Source: Camelus dromedarius (taxonomy: Eukaryota). From it: a stretch of 64,000 nucleotides of DNA. A program made the position numbers and the translations under genes. The notes beneath the pieces are model-generated. The model saw only the letters and a program-made list of their open reading frames with translations, was not told the origin of the DNA and did not search any database. The stretch covers positions 74,526,001 through 74,590,000 of the forward strand of contig NC_087437.1 of the NCBI RefSeq assembly GCF_036321535.1. The letters are read 5' to 3'. Below are positions 25,751-38,688 of the stretch, one piece after another (positions within the stretch are counted from its first letter, which is position 1; every line of letters starts with the position of its first letter).

Positions 25751-25918
25751 TGAAAACTGAAAACAAAGAAGAAATCTTGGAAGCAAGAGGAGAGAAATGA
25801 CACCTTTACCTATTGGGGAAAAGTAATTCACAAAAGACCAGATCTCATCAGAAACCACAGAGGCCAGAAAGAAGTGGTACACTACTTTTTAAGTGCTGAA
25901 ATTTAAAAAAAAATCAAT

Positions 25919-26097
25919 GGGGAGGGCATAGCTCAGTGGCTGAGTGCATGCCTAGCATGCACAAGGTCCTGGGTTCAATTCTCAGTACCTACATTAAAAA
26001 CAAACAAACAAACAAACAAACAAATAAATAAATAAATACAAACCTAATTACTTCTCCCAAAAGATTTCAAAATTAAAATTTAAATAAATAAATAAAA
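25919..26097 (+). mobile_element. Vic-1-type SINE nested in the ancient L1
   Basis: ggggagggcatagctcagtgg...aggtcctgggttcaattctcagtacc; (CAAA)n/(TAAA)n linker; aacctaattac. Confidence 0.9.
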
Positions 26098-29000
26098 AGG
26101 ACTTCAAACCCAGAGTTCTTTATCCAACAAAAATATCCTATGGGAATGAAGGGAAAAAAATATTCTCAGATGAAGAAAAATCAAGAGAATTTGTCATCAA
26201 CAGAACTAGTCTAAAAGATTAGCTAAATGAATATCTCTGAGCAGAAAAGAATTGATAAAACAAGAAATCTTGGAACCTCAGAAAGAAAGAAAGAACAGCA
26301 GAAAAAGGAAAATTATGGGTAAATATGACAGTTTTTTCTCATCCTCTTCAATTTTCTCAATTATGTTTGATAGTTGAAGCAAAAATTACAAAACTGATGT
26401 ATTATAAGCATGTCTAAATGTACTAGAAAATAGGTAAGGCAATTATATTATACATAGTTAAGAGTAAAGGGACAAAAAGAGAGGTAAGATTTCTATAGTT
26501 TACTTGAATACCAATAGACATCAGTAGACAGTGATAAATTATGTATATGTAATGTAATATCTTGAGCAACCACTAAAAAAATGCTATAAAGGAAATATAA
26601 GAAAAAAATATATAGATAAATCAAAATGAACTTCTAAAATGTGTACAAATAACCTACATACGGCAAGGAAAATAAAAATAGAGAAGTAAGAAACAGAAAG
26701 AACAGAAATTACAACAAAATGTCAGGCATAAGCCTTAATGTATTAATAATTACATTAAATGTAAATGATCTAAATGTACAAATTAAAAGACAGAGACTGG
26801 CATACCCAGCTATATGCTGTCTACAAGAAACTTCAAACAGAACAATATAAGTAGGTAAAAATTAAAAAGAAAGATATGCCATGCACACATGAATCAAAAG
26901 AAAGTAGGAATAGCTATATAAACATCATATAAAGTAGATTTCACAGAAAAGAAAATTACCAAGGACAGAGAAAGATACTACATAATAATAAAAGGATAAA
27001 TCCACAAAGAAGACAGAAATTCTAATTGTGTTTGCATCAGACAATGATCCTGAAAATACATGAATAAAAATTGTTGGAACTGAAAGGAGAAATAGACAAA
27101 TCCACAATTATGCTTGGAGATGCCAAACTCACTTCTTAGCAACTGATAGTATTTCTGGACAGAAAATTGGCAAGGGTGAAAAAGAACTCAACGAATTCAT
27201 CAACCAACTTGTTGTAATCAACATGCATAGAACAATCTACCCAACAACAGCAGAACACACAATTTTTTTTTCAAGTGACAACAGAACATATACCAAGATA
27301 AACCATATGCTGGGCCATAAAACAAACCTCAAAGAGTTTTAAAGAATTAAAATCATAGAGAATGTGTTTACCAGCAATAATGAAATCCAACCTAAAATCA
27401 ATAACTAAAATATAGTAGGAAAATTACCGAACAATTGAAAACTAAACAGCATGCTTCTCAGTAGCCCAAGAGTCAAAAGAGAAGTCTCAAAGAAAATTTA
27501 AAAATGCATTGAATTGAATGAAAATGAAAATACAACATATTAAAATTTGTGTGAAACAACAAAAGCAATGCTGAGAAGGGAGAAATGTAGAACATTAAAT
27601 GATTACATTAGAAAAGAGGAAAGCTCTCAAGTCAGTAATATAATTTTCTACCTCAAGAAATTATAAAAGAGGAGGAAAATAAACCCAAATCTAGCAGAAG
27701 GAATAAAATAATTAAGATAAAAGCAGAGATAAATAAAATTGAAAATAGAACAACAATGGAGGAAATCAGTAAACTGGTTCTTGGAAATGATCTTCAAAAA
27801 TGACAATCTCTAGCAAAAGTGTCAAAGAAAAAAAAGAGAGAAGACACAATTAGCAATATCAGAAAGGAAATGTAGGAAATTACTACAGATATTGCAGACA
27901 CCAAAAGAATAATACTATGAACAGCTATCCACATGTAAATTTGACAATTTTGATGAAACAGACGAATTCCTCAAAAACATAAGCTACCACAGTTCATGCA
28001 AAGTGAAGTCAATAACTTGAATATCCCCATAACTGTTAAAGAAATTGAATTATTAATTTTAAAGTCTCAAAAAGGACACATCCAGTTCCAGATGGTTTCA
28101 CTGCAGAATTCTACCAAATGCTGAAAGAAAAGATAATACTAATTCTACACATTTTTAAAAAAATAATAAGAAGGCAACATGCCCACATTATTTTGTGGAG
28201 CCACTATTATCCTGATTCCAAAGACAATACAAAAAATGAAAACTACAGACCAATATTCCTCATTAAACAACCACACACACACACAACTTTAACAAAATGT
28301 TAGCAAATAGACTTTAGGAATATATTTTAAAAAATTATAAACCATGACCATATGGTATGTTTGTTCTAAGGAGGCAGAGCTAATTCAATATTAGAAAATC
28401 AATCAATGTAATCTACCATATTAACAGGGCAAAAAGAAAAATTACACAATCACATTAATTGCTGCAGAAAAAGTATTTGGCAATACTCATTACTCATTTA
28501 AACTAAAAACTCTCAGAAAACTAGACATAAATGGGAACTTTCTCAACTTGATTAAAATCATTTACAAAAAGCCTTCAGCTAACATCATATTTAATAGTGA
28601 AAGACTGAAAGCTTTCCCCTTAGATCACAAGGCAAGGATGTCTCTTCTCATCAATTCTGTTCAGCATAGTTCTGAAGTTTCAGCTAGTGCATTAAAACAA
28701 GTAAAGAGAAGAAATGGCATATAGATCAGAAAGAAAGAAGTAAGACTGTCCCTATTTGCCGATGACATGATCGTACATATAGGAAACTCAAAGAAATTCA
28801 TTAAACAGCTAAGTGAGTTCAGCAAGGTCACAGAATATAAGATCCACATACAACAATCAGTTGTATTTTTATATACCAGCAATGAACACATGGATACCAA
28901 CATTTAAAACAGACTACATCTTTAATCATTAGAAAAAAGAAAAGAAATGCTTAGATGTACTTTTAACTGAACATATGCAGAATCTGTATGCTGATAATCA

Positions 29001-29955
29001 CAAAATGCTCATGAAAGAAGACCTAAATAAATAGGGAGACATATTGTGTCATGGTTTCATGGACAAGAAGACAACATAGCAGAGATGCCCAAATTAATTG
29101 AGGTATATCACAATCACTATCAAAATCCCAGCAAAATTTTTTTTGAATACATAGACAAGACTATTCTAAAATGTGTGGAATAGCAATGGACCTCGGGTAT
29201 CTGAAATGATTTTAAAATATAATAGAATGGGAAGAATTATTCTATTTAACTTCAGACTTTATTATATGGCCAAAATAATCAAGACTGTGTGGTACTGACA
29301 AATGGATAGACATGTAGATCAATGGAATGTCACAGAGAACTCAGAAATAGACCCACACAAGTACAGCCAATTTATTTTCTACAGAAATGCAAAAGAAATT
29401 CAGTGAAAGAAATATAATATTTTCCATAAATGGTTCTGGAGCAATTGGAAACCCATAGGCAAAAGAATGAACTTTAATCTAAACCTTATACATTATACAA
29501 AAATCTGAATGACCATAGCTTTAAACATAAAACATAAAGCTATAAAAATATAGACGATAACATAGGAGAAAATCTTTAGGACCTAAGGCTTAGTAGAGAG
29601 TCCTCAGACATGACACTTAAGAGTATGGACAAAAGGAAAATCTTTATAAACTGGGCTTCATCACAGTTCAAGAAAAAAAAGTTTTCTGTGTGAGAGATGC
29701 TGATAAGAGAATGAAAAGACAAGCTACAGAATAAGAGAAAATATTTGCAAACCGTATATCTGACAAAAGACTTAAATCTAGAATATATAAAGAACCCTCA
29801 AAACTCATCAGTTAAAAAAATCCAATTAAAAAATGGGCAAATGACATGAGGAGACATTCCACTAAAGAGAATCTACAAATGGCAAATATAATACTACTTT
29901 AATTAAACTCCTTTTTACAGGATAAGGGCAGACAAGTGAAATATAGGGTACTTAC

Positions 29956-29987
29956 CACCAGTACTCAACTCACAAACTTTGGCTGTA
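29956..29987 (-). other. Candidate micro-exon in a unique island between two L1 blocks
   Basis: Acceptor gttgctattttaatAG (or tacAG 5 nt downstream); donor GTG|GTAAGT; open frame TAKVCELSTG. Confidence 0.3.
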
Positions 29988-30099
29988 CTATTAAAATAGC
30001 AACAATATAATTTACATGTACTTACATTCCTCAGTATACTTCTAACCCCTGCACACAGTCTAAAACTTGCAATCAGTTTTAATTAATCAACACATCAAA

Positions 30100-30290
30100 C
30101 TCAGGAAAGTGAATTAAACATCTTAATGCCTACTATGAGTAAGACGTACACAGTTCTCCGTGCTTTCTCATTTATTATTCATTTAAACTTCCTAACAACC
30201 TTGTGAGACGGGTATCATTATCCTCCTACAAATGAGGAAATCAGAATTCTGGAGGTCTATGACAACTTGGTAAGTGTATAAAGTTAGTTA
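30100..30290 (-). mobile_element. MIR relic
   Basis: aatgcctactatgag...tcatttaaacttcctaacaaccttgtgagacgggtatcattatcc...aaatgaggaaatcaga. Confidence 0.75.
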
Positions 30291-30751
30291 AATTATGAAT
30301 TCTGAATGTTTTATTCTGTACAAATAATTTATTTCATTTCTATTTGTAACAAGAGATGATGGTACAATCTAATTTTAAAACATACTGCTAGAGATTTTTT
30401 ACTTTGAGCCAAGATGAAGTAACAAGGGCTAGATGTATCCTCTCACCTGAAATAACTTAAAAAATTGTACACAGAATGTGAAACATTATGCACTTGAGAT
30501 ATTGGGTGTCAGCCAATGAAGAGGCCATGACACAAGAAGAGCAAACTCATTTAGAGCCAAGTAGTCTCCCTGAGGTGGAGGGATGGGGCTGGGAGGATAA
30601 GAGACCAAGGTAACTAGAGTTTGCAAGGGAAAGTGCTGGAGAAAAGAGTTGAACAAATTTTAACTGAAAATCTGCACGGTTAAGTACTAACTAGCACATG
30701 CTTGTGAAGAAACTACTCAAGCCTGCAGAAAGAGCACCCCGGGGATTGGAG

Positions 30752-30961
30752 AAGGAATCAGCAAACCACAGCCAGTGGGCCAACCATCTCTTTTGGTAAA
30801 TAAAATTTTACTGGAACACAGCCACGCCTATCATTCACATGCTGTATATGACTACTTCATGCTACAATCGTGGCAGTGAGTAGATGCCACAGAACCTGTA
30901 TGTCTCACAAACCTAAAGTATTTACTATCTAGTCCTTAGAGAAAAAGTTTGCTGACCTCTG
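30752..30961 (+). mobile_element. MER58A hAT-Charlie MITE
   Basis: aggaatcagcaaac...ggtaaataaaattttactggaacacagccacgcc...tatttactatct...gaaaaagtttgctgacctctg matches MER58A (recall), with terminal inverted repeats. Confidence 0.85.
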
Positions 30962-30986
30962 AACTAGAATGACTGATCCTGTGTAC

Positions 30987-31151
30987 CAGGACTGGGACTA
31001 CTGTTAGACAACCATGGTGCCCTTCCAGGACACAAAATTTTAGGAGGTACTTGCTCTACCAGACTCTGCACTCAGATGAGCCTCAGAGAGCGTACCATCT
31101 TCAACCTTCCACCTTGATATCTTGCTCGCCTCACCCTAGCCCCAGCTTTGC
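30987..31151. mobile_element. MER96 hAT MITE
   Basis: caggactgggacta...caaaattttaggagg...gctcgcctcaccctagccccagc. Confidence 0.65.
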
Positions 31152-32729
31152 TGGGAGCTCATATAGGGCCAGGGAGGTACCAGTTCACACCAGCTACAGA
31201 TCAAAAGCTCATAATTCACAGGGCATTGAGTAGAGTAATCAGAGCAATTTGGCTGTAGTACTGGGGAAAAATTAGCCACAGACTAGAAACTTCTCTGGTT
31301 CCACCTAATAGGACTTAAAGGAAAGTCCAAAATGCATCGAACTGTTTGCAGGTAGCTTAACCAAATCCCAGAACAAAGCCCAAGAGTATTTAAAAGAATA
31401 TTAATGTATAAAGCCACCAACCAGATAACATTTTAAATACCTGGTATCCTATAAAAAAATTACCAGGCATGCAAAGAAGCATAAAAAACAGGACCCATGA
31501 TGAAGAGAGGAGTCAACTGAAACTGTCCCTGAAATGACACAGAAGAGAGAATTAGCAGACAAAGAATGTTAACTGTTATTTTAGTTATATTTTGTACATT
31601 TAAGAATTTAGAGGAAAGACTGAATATGTGAAGTGGAGGCATAGAAACCAAAAAAAAAAAAAAAGGCACAAATTAAACTTCTAGAGATGAAAAGGACAAT
31701 GTCTGAGAGGAAAATTTCATTGGCTATGATTGTGGAAGATGAGACACTGCAGAAGAAAATGATCAGTGAGCTTGAATACAAAGCAGTCAAAACTATCCAT
31801 TATAACACTTTAAGAGAAAATGTACTAAAAAATATGCAGAGAATTGATAAGCTGTGGGGCAATTTCAAGCAATCTAAAATATATGTAATTAGAGTCCCAA
31901 GAGAAGTGAGAAGAAAGGAGGAACTAGAAACCCACAGATCCAAAAGCTCAAACTCAAAGCACAAGAAAAACGAGGAAAACTGTATGAACATACATCAAAA
32001 TCAAATTCCTCTAAACTATTGATAAAAGAAAAATATTTAAAACAGCAAAAGAAAAAAGACATGTTATGTACAGAGGCACATAACATGCGCCTCTGTCGGC
32101 ATTGTACTTGGATGACAGCTTATTTCATATTGGAAACAATATAAACAAGACAGGGAAGCAACATCTTAAAAGCATAGAAAGAAAAAACAAAACATATCAA
32201 CTTATAATTCTTTATCCCATGAAACTACTTCTTAGGAACAAAAGCAAAATGGAGATTATTTCAGGCACACAAAACCAAAAAGAACTCAGACATGCATTAC
32301 AAGAAATGTTAAAGGAAGTTTTTTAAGCAGAAGGAACAAGAAATCAGATAGAAACATGGGTCTAAGTAGGCATGAAACACATAGGAAGTGATAACTACAC
32401 TGGCAAATGTAAGGATAATTTTATTATTCAAATCTCTTCAAAAGAAAATTAAAGCTGAAATGGCTATATTTTTTCAGACAAAGTTGACTTCGTTATAAAG
32501 AATATTAACAGAGACGAAAATGGGATATTTCATAGTAATATAGGGGTCAATTCATCAAGTAGATATACGATACCAAACCCTAATACATACATACAGCTAA
32601 TGAGAGCTTCAAAATATATGAAATAAACACTGATAGAGCTGCAAAAAAAATGAAATAGACAAATCCATAATTATAGTTAAATAACTTTAAAAACCCCTCA
32701 CTGCACAAGGAAGAAAATCATTGGGAATA

Positions 32730-33044
32730 CAGGCTTCCCTCGGAAACACTGTGGGTTGGGTTGCAGAGCACCACAATAAAGGGAACATCGCAATAAAACT
32801 AGTCACACGGATTTCTCGATTTCCTAGTGCATATAAAAGTTATGTTCATATACGCTGTAGGCTATTAGGTGCGCAATAGCATCATGTCTGAAAATTAGTG
32901 TACATATCTTCATTAAAACACTTTATTGCTAAAAAATGTTAACCATCATCTGACAAAGCAGTTTTCCAAAAATCTTCAGTTAGTGAAAGATGCAATATCT
33001 GTGAAGCACAATAAATTGAAGTGCAATAAAACGAGGTCGGCCTG
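32730..33044 (-). mobile_element. Internally deleted Tigger1 derivative
   Basis: TA|caggcttccctcggaaacactgtgggttgg...gcatataaaagttatg... and ...gcaataaaacgaggtcggcctg: both Tigger1 termini with TIRs. Confidence 0.85.
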
Positions 33045-34451
33045 TGTACGAGACTTGAGCATTATCAATCTAGTTGACTAAGACACTTATAGAACATTCC
33101 ACTCAACAACTGCAGAATACACATTCTTTTCAAGTTCCCTCAGGACACAACAACATAAACCATATTCTGGGTCATGAAACAAATCTCAATACACTTAAAA
33201 TCAATCAAGTATTGCCACCATAGAACTGAATTTGAAACCAACTACATTAAGATATCTTTTTTAAAAATCCCCAAATATGTAAAAACAAAATAGCACACTT
33301 ATAAATAATTCATAAATCAAAGAAGAAATCAGAAGGGGAAATGGAAGGTATTTTAAACTGAATTAAAAATAAAAACACAACATATCAAAGTTTTGGGGAT
33401 GCAGTGAAAGCTATAGTTACAAGAAAGCTTATAGCGCTACTTGCTTTAACAGAAAAAAAAAAAAAAAAGTCCCAAATCAACAACCACAACTTTTACCTTA
33501 GAAACTAGAAAAAGATGCACAAATGAAATCCAAATAAGCAGAAGGAAGGACAGAGTGGTAAAATACAAATCAGAAAACTATGTAGTAAGTCCATGAAAAC
33601 AAACACTGGTTCTTTAATCAGATTGATAATATTGATAAATTTCTATCCAGAATGATCTGGGGGAAAAAACAGAGTAAACACAAATTAACAATATCTGGAA
33701 TAAGTAAGGTGACACTGCTACAGATTCTACTGATATTAAAACAAAATAATAAAAGAGTATTATGAAAACTTCATGCCAATAAAGTTGACAACATTGATAA
33801 AATGATCAAAAATTTTTGGAAGACAACAATTACCAAAACTCATTCAAGAAGAATTAGTTTTTCATGGCTATATATCATTTTAAGCACTGTAGCTAAAAAT
33901 CTTCCTGCAAAGAAAACTAGTCCCACCTGGCTTCACTGGTAGATACTATAAAACACTTAGGCAAGGAATACTTAAACTTTCATTCACTAAGGCCAGAATT
34001 ACTCTGATACCAAAACCAGAGGCATTAAAAAAAAAAAAAAATACAGACCTATGGACCTATATATTCCTTGTGAACATGAAGGCAAAAACTTAAAAATTAA
34101 GAATTTAGCAAATTGAACCCAACAATATAAAAAGGATAATGCATCATGACAAAGACAAGTCTATTTCAGGAATGCAAATTTGTTTTAACATTAAAAAATT
34201 ATTCAGTGTAATTTATATATTTTAAAGACTAAGAAAAAGCTTTATGGTCATCTCAAAACAGAACCACTTGATAAAAATCTAACATCCAAGTCTTATAAAA
34301 ACTTTCAACAAATTAGGAATAAAAGAGAGCATTCTCAACCTTATAAGGGACATCTACAAAAAGCTTACTGCTAGGTAAAAGAGTGAATGGTATTTTTATA
34401 AGTTCAAAAAAATAAGGCAAAATAATTGCTCTCTCCACTTCTGTTCAGTTT

Positions 34452-34981
34452 CAGTACCAGAGAGTAGGTTCTTGTCTCATTGCAGAAAGAAATCAGAGTT
34501 GAGACACAGAAGTTAAGAAAGCGAAGCAAGGATTTATTAAGCGGTAGTATGCTCTCAAGGGTAGAGTGGGCAGACTCAGGTGAATAGTTGCTCTGGGCTT
34601 CTTTGGTAAGCTGGTTACATGGGGTGTAAAAAACAAATAGGCGAAATATTCATTGGAGAGGGAGGCACTTGGGGTCATATTTCCTAATTTTCATACCAAT
34701 CCACCTTCTCAAGGGGAGCAGGAATTTTTGTCCTTATTTAGTCTTGATAAGAAGTGTCATGGCAGCACTGCATGATGGATACTTCTTATCTGCAAGACTA
34801 ATTTTATTCTAATCAAAGCATAATGAGCAAAAGGCTACATTCGAATGTTAGAGATTTCCACCTTTTCCCACCTTTCTTTGTCAGCCTATAGGATCCTTGT
34901 CACCCTAAAATGTGTGATTTCCTGCCATTTGGCCCATACCCCCTTTCTCTGCTCATATCTAGCTATCTATCTCTGCTAATA
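34452..34981 (-). mobile_element. Solo ERV1-class LTR inserted in the outer L1 ORF2
   Basis: ~530-bp block that interrupts L1 ORF2 continuity; tttatt (minus-strand AATAAA) near 34533; LTR-like ends. Confidence 0.65.
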
Positions 34982-35703
34982 ATTGTACTGTGACATTAAT
35001 GTTGGGTGATGTCAGCAACCCAGCAGAATAGGAAGTCCCCAGACCTCACCCCTCACAGAAACACGAATTCAGCAACCATTCATGGATAAAAGTGCCTCTG
35101 TAGAAGCTCTGGGATCCAGATAAGAAGTTATGACAACTCTTTGGAGCCCAAGACTAAAAACAGCCACTTTAAGAAGGCAGGTCCATGCCCCAATAGTAGA
35201 TCCATCATCCATAGACTTGGTTGCAGAACCAAAAGCAGCCCTATCCCTTTGTGGCTTCACCCTACTGATCCCAATTGCATTTTTTTCACATAAATAGAAA
35301 AAAAAATCATAAAATTTATTTGGAATCACAAAAGACCCCAAATAGCCAAAGCAATTCTGAGCTAGAAGAACAAAGCTGGAAGTATAATGATCCTGATTTC
35401 AAAACATATTCCAAAGCTACAGTAATTAAAACAGTATGATACTGCATACAAACAGTCATAAACCAATGCACCAGAATAGAGATCCTAGCAATAAATCTAT
35501 TTGGATACAGTCAACTGATCTTTGACTAGGGTGCCCAAAATACACAATGGGGAAAAGAGAGTTTCTTTAAAAAATGGTGTATGGCAAATGGCATATCCAT
35601 ATTCAAAAGAATGAAATTAGACCATTATTTCACACCATTTACCAAAATCAACAAAACTGATTAAATACCTAAACATAAAACCTGAAACAATAAAACTCTT
35701 AGA

Positions 35704-36960
35704 GACTTCCGGGAGAAGATGGCGGAGTAGAAGGACGCTCGCAGGTCACCCTCTCCCACAAATACACCAAGACCCACATCTACAGACCCACTCAGCCAAC
35801 CAGAGCACCTGTGGAACTCCATCAGAACATCGCCCTCTTCAAAAGATAAAGACGCCAAAAATCTGGTAGGAGAAAAGGAAAAAAGAAAGAACAAAAGGCA
35901 AAGCAGCGCGGGACGGGTCCCGCAGGGAGGGAGCGGCAAAGGAGGACTGGCGCTCGCTCGCTGGGTCTCCCCTCTCCAACTGAGAGGCCAGCAGGACGGA
36001 GGGGGAGCCTACGAGGCTCCGATCTGTACAGAGCAGCCCTTGACTAACAGAACTAAGTTAAACGGGCACAGAGCGTCCCCCCGACACCCAGCCTAAGAGG
36101 CGGGCCGGCAGCAGCGGGCAGGGCCAGGCTGCACAAGCCGGGAGGAGGACGGGAGTGGCTGCACGGAGGCAGCCCCAGGGGAACGCAAGGGACTGCGCGC
36201 CGTGGCTGTGGGTGCACAGGGCAAAACAACCTGGGCCCTCCATAAAACAGCAAGGTTCATGTGCTCTCGGGGGAAGGGTGCACACCCCCATCTCTGAAAA
36301 CCCGCGGAAAGTTTTTGGGGGAAGAGAGGCGGAGCTCAGGCACAGCCGCCATATCCTCCACGCTGAGCACCCAGGCGGGGAGGGGGCGAAACCTGCATCC
36401 GCACCGAAGGGCTTAGCAGCTTCAAAGGCCAGACTGAGACTTGCCTGCAGCCCGGGGCAGACAGGATCCTTCCATCCTGGTCCCTCAGAGAACTTGCTCC
36501 ACGAAGACAAACAAGGAGCTGGGTTCTGGCTCGGAGCAGGAACAGGGCTGTCCCTCGGTCTTCCCCGAGCCCACCTGCGGAGCGCCGACCAGGGCGGAGC
36601 GCGCAGCCGCACAGAGCAGCGGAGCTACTGTCGGCGGCGCAGGTAGAGCGAGAGGGGCCCCCCGCCTTTCCGGCAGGAACACAGCCCCTGACCGAGGTGC
36701 TGGGAGGGGGCACGACCCGCCCTCCTACCTGGCCAGTCTGCAACATCTGACTGCGGCATCCGGAGGGGCAGCGACCCGCCAGCCCACAGCAGAGAGCTGC
36801 ACCTGACCCAGTGTTAGGAGGAGGCGAAATCTGCTTGCCGACAGGTGCTGGGAGCAGCACAGAATAGGGCGCCAACGGAGGGCCTCTGAAAACAGCAAGC
36901 TGAGCTTCCAAAACAGGACGAAGACAGAAAGACTTCACAGTAAAAGCACACAGACTCCAG
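35704..36960 (+). promoter_or_regulatory. L1 internal promoter / CpG island in the 5' UTR
   Basis: The only strongly GC/CpG-rich segment of the window; YY1-type motif AAGATGGCG at 35716-35724. Confidence 0.85.
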
Positions 36961-37381
36961 GAGAACACCGACAACACCCCCCCCCCTTTTTTTTTTTAAA
37001 TCTGTTTTTACCTGTTCTATTTTCTATTACTCTCTTAATCTTTACTTCTTAATTCATTTCTGTTTCTCTTGGGTTTTGATGTCCTGCTATTGATTAGACA
37101 CGGGTTTCAAATACATCTATTCATCTCCCCCCCCCCTTTTTTTGGTAAAGGTTTGAAAAGGACGTCTCAACCCGATTAATACTCTGCTTCAACTCACTCT
37201 TCTATTATCCATTATACACTGTTTTCAAACCCTCTTTCTCCCTTCTTTTAAAATTCTCTCTCTCTCTTATTTTTTTTTCTTTTTTTCCTAAGTTCTATTC
37301 CTAAATAGGCATCAGATAGATAAAATCCTTAAGGACCAAAATAAACAACTGATACTCCATAAACCACAGTGCCAAAGAGGT

Positions 37382-38284
37382 ATGAGCAAGATGAAGAAGC
37401 AGAAAAACCTTTCCCAATTAAAAGAACAAGAGAAATCCCCTGAAAGAAAGATCAATGAAATAGACATCGATAGCCTACTAGATCAAGATTTCAAAAAAGG
37501 AGTGATCGAATTGCTGAAGGAATTAAAAGAGATAGTGTTTAGAGATATAAAATATGTCAAAAATGAAATTGAAGCTATAAAGAAGAGCCAAGTAGAATGG
37601 GTAAACTCATTGACAGAGATGAGGAATGATCTAATAGCTGTGCAAAGCCGACTAGATAATGCAGAGGAACGAATTAGTGATCTAGAAGACAGGGCAATAG
37701 AAAGCACCCATTCAGAAGAACTACAAGAGAAGCAAATAAAAAATAATGAAAATAGCATAAGGGACCTATGGGATAATATAAAGCGTCCCAATCTTTGCAT
37801 AATAGGGGTCCCAGAAGGAGAAGAAAGATCAAAGGGGATTGAAAAGGTTTTTGAAGAAATCGTGACTGAAAACTTCCCAAACTTAAAGAAGGAATCAGAT
37901 ATCCAAGTACAGGAAGCTCAGAGGGTCCCAAACAGGAAGAACCCAAATAGACCCACACCAAGACATATCATAATCAAGATGGCCAGAGTCAAGGATAAAG
38001 AAAGGATTCTAAAGGCAGCAAGAGAAAAGCAAAGAGTAAGTTACAAGGGAACCCCCATAAGGCTCTCAGCTGATTTCTCTACACAAACACTACAGGCCAG
38101 AAGGGAGTGGCAAGATATATTCAAAGCCCTGAATGAAAAAAAGATGCAGCCTAGGATCCTTTATCCAGCAAGGCTATCCTTGAGGATAGAAGGAGAAATA
38201 AAGAGTTTCACAGACAAAAAAAAGCTGCAGGAGTTTAGCAACACTAAACCCATGCTAAAAGAAATATTGAAATGGCTATTCTAA
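37382..38284 (+). CDS. L1 ORF1p (RNA-binding chaperone), intact, 300 aa
   Basis: Coiled coil (RLDNAEERISDLED), RRM (NLCIIGVPEGEE, PRHIIIK) and CTD (ARREW, YPARLS) motifs. Confidence 0.97.
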   Translation: MSKMKKQKNLSQLKEQEKSPERKINEIDIDSLLDQDFKKGVIELLKELKEIVFRDIKYVKNEIEAIKKSQVEWVNSLTEMRNDLIAVQSRLDNAEERISDLEDRAIESTHSEELQEKQIKNNENSIRDLWDNIKRPNLCIIGVPEGEERSKGIEKVFEEIVTENFPNLKKESDIQVQEAQRVPNRKNPNRPTPRHIIIKMARVKDKERILKAAREKQRVSYKGTPIRLSADFSTQTLQARREWQDIFKALNEKKMQPRILYPARLSLRIEGEIKSFTDKKKLQEFSNTKPMLKEILKWLF

Positions 38285-38688
38285 ATAGAAAAGCAGCAGG
38301 ATGCTACAGAAATGAGAAACACACAACTGGAAAGGTGATAACTCATGAATTACAAATAAAGAAAACATGAAATTATAAAAGAAGACATACAAATCACTGA
38401 GAGTGGGAGAGGGAGGCAGGGAAATATAGAATATCTTTTTCTTTCTTTTTTAAATTTTTTTAACAGTAGGATGGGTTTGAGATCATGTTACTATCAGTTT
38501 AATAAAAACAGTTATAGTAATGGGTTGATAGATTTACAAAAAAGGGTAACCACAAGCCAAAAATTTACAAAGGAGTCACAAAAATTAAATAAAATCCATG
38601 ATAATACAAAGGAAAATTACCAAACCACAAAAGGAAGAAGAAAGGAACAAAGAGGATATACCAATTCAACTGCAAAGATAAGTTCAAA

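Larger units (their letters stand above)
24040..29890 (+). mobile_element. Ancient near-full-length L1 (5' UTR, decayed ORF1 and ORF2; 3' UTR absent)
   Basis: ORF1 remnants (gaattagtgaactggaagataga, ERISELEDR); ORF2 EN remnant aatgtaaatgatctaaat; RT ctatttgccgatgacatg (LFADDM, ~28752); many stops and frameshifts. Confidence 0.9.
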
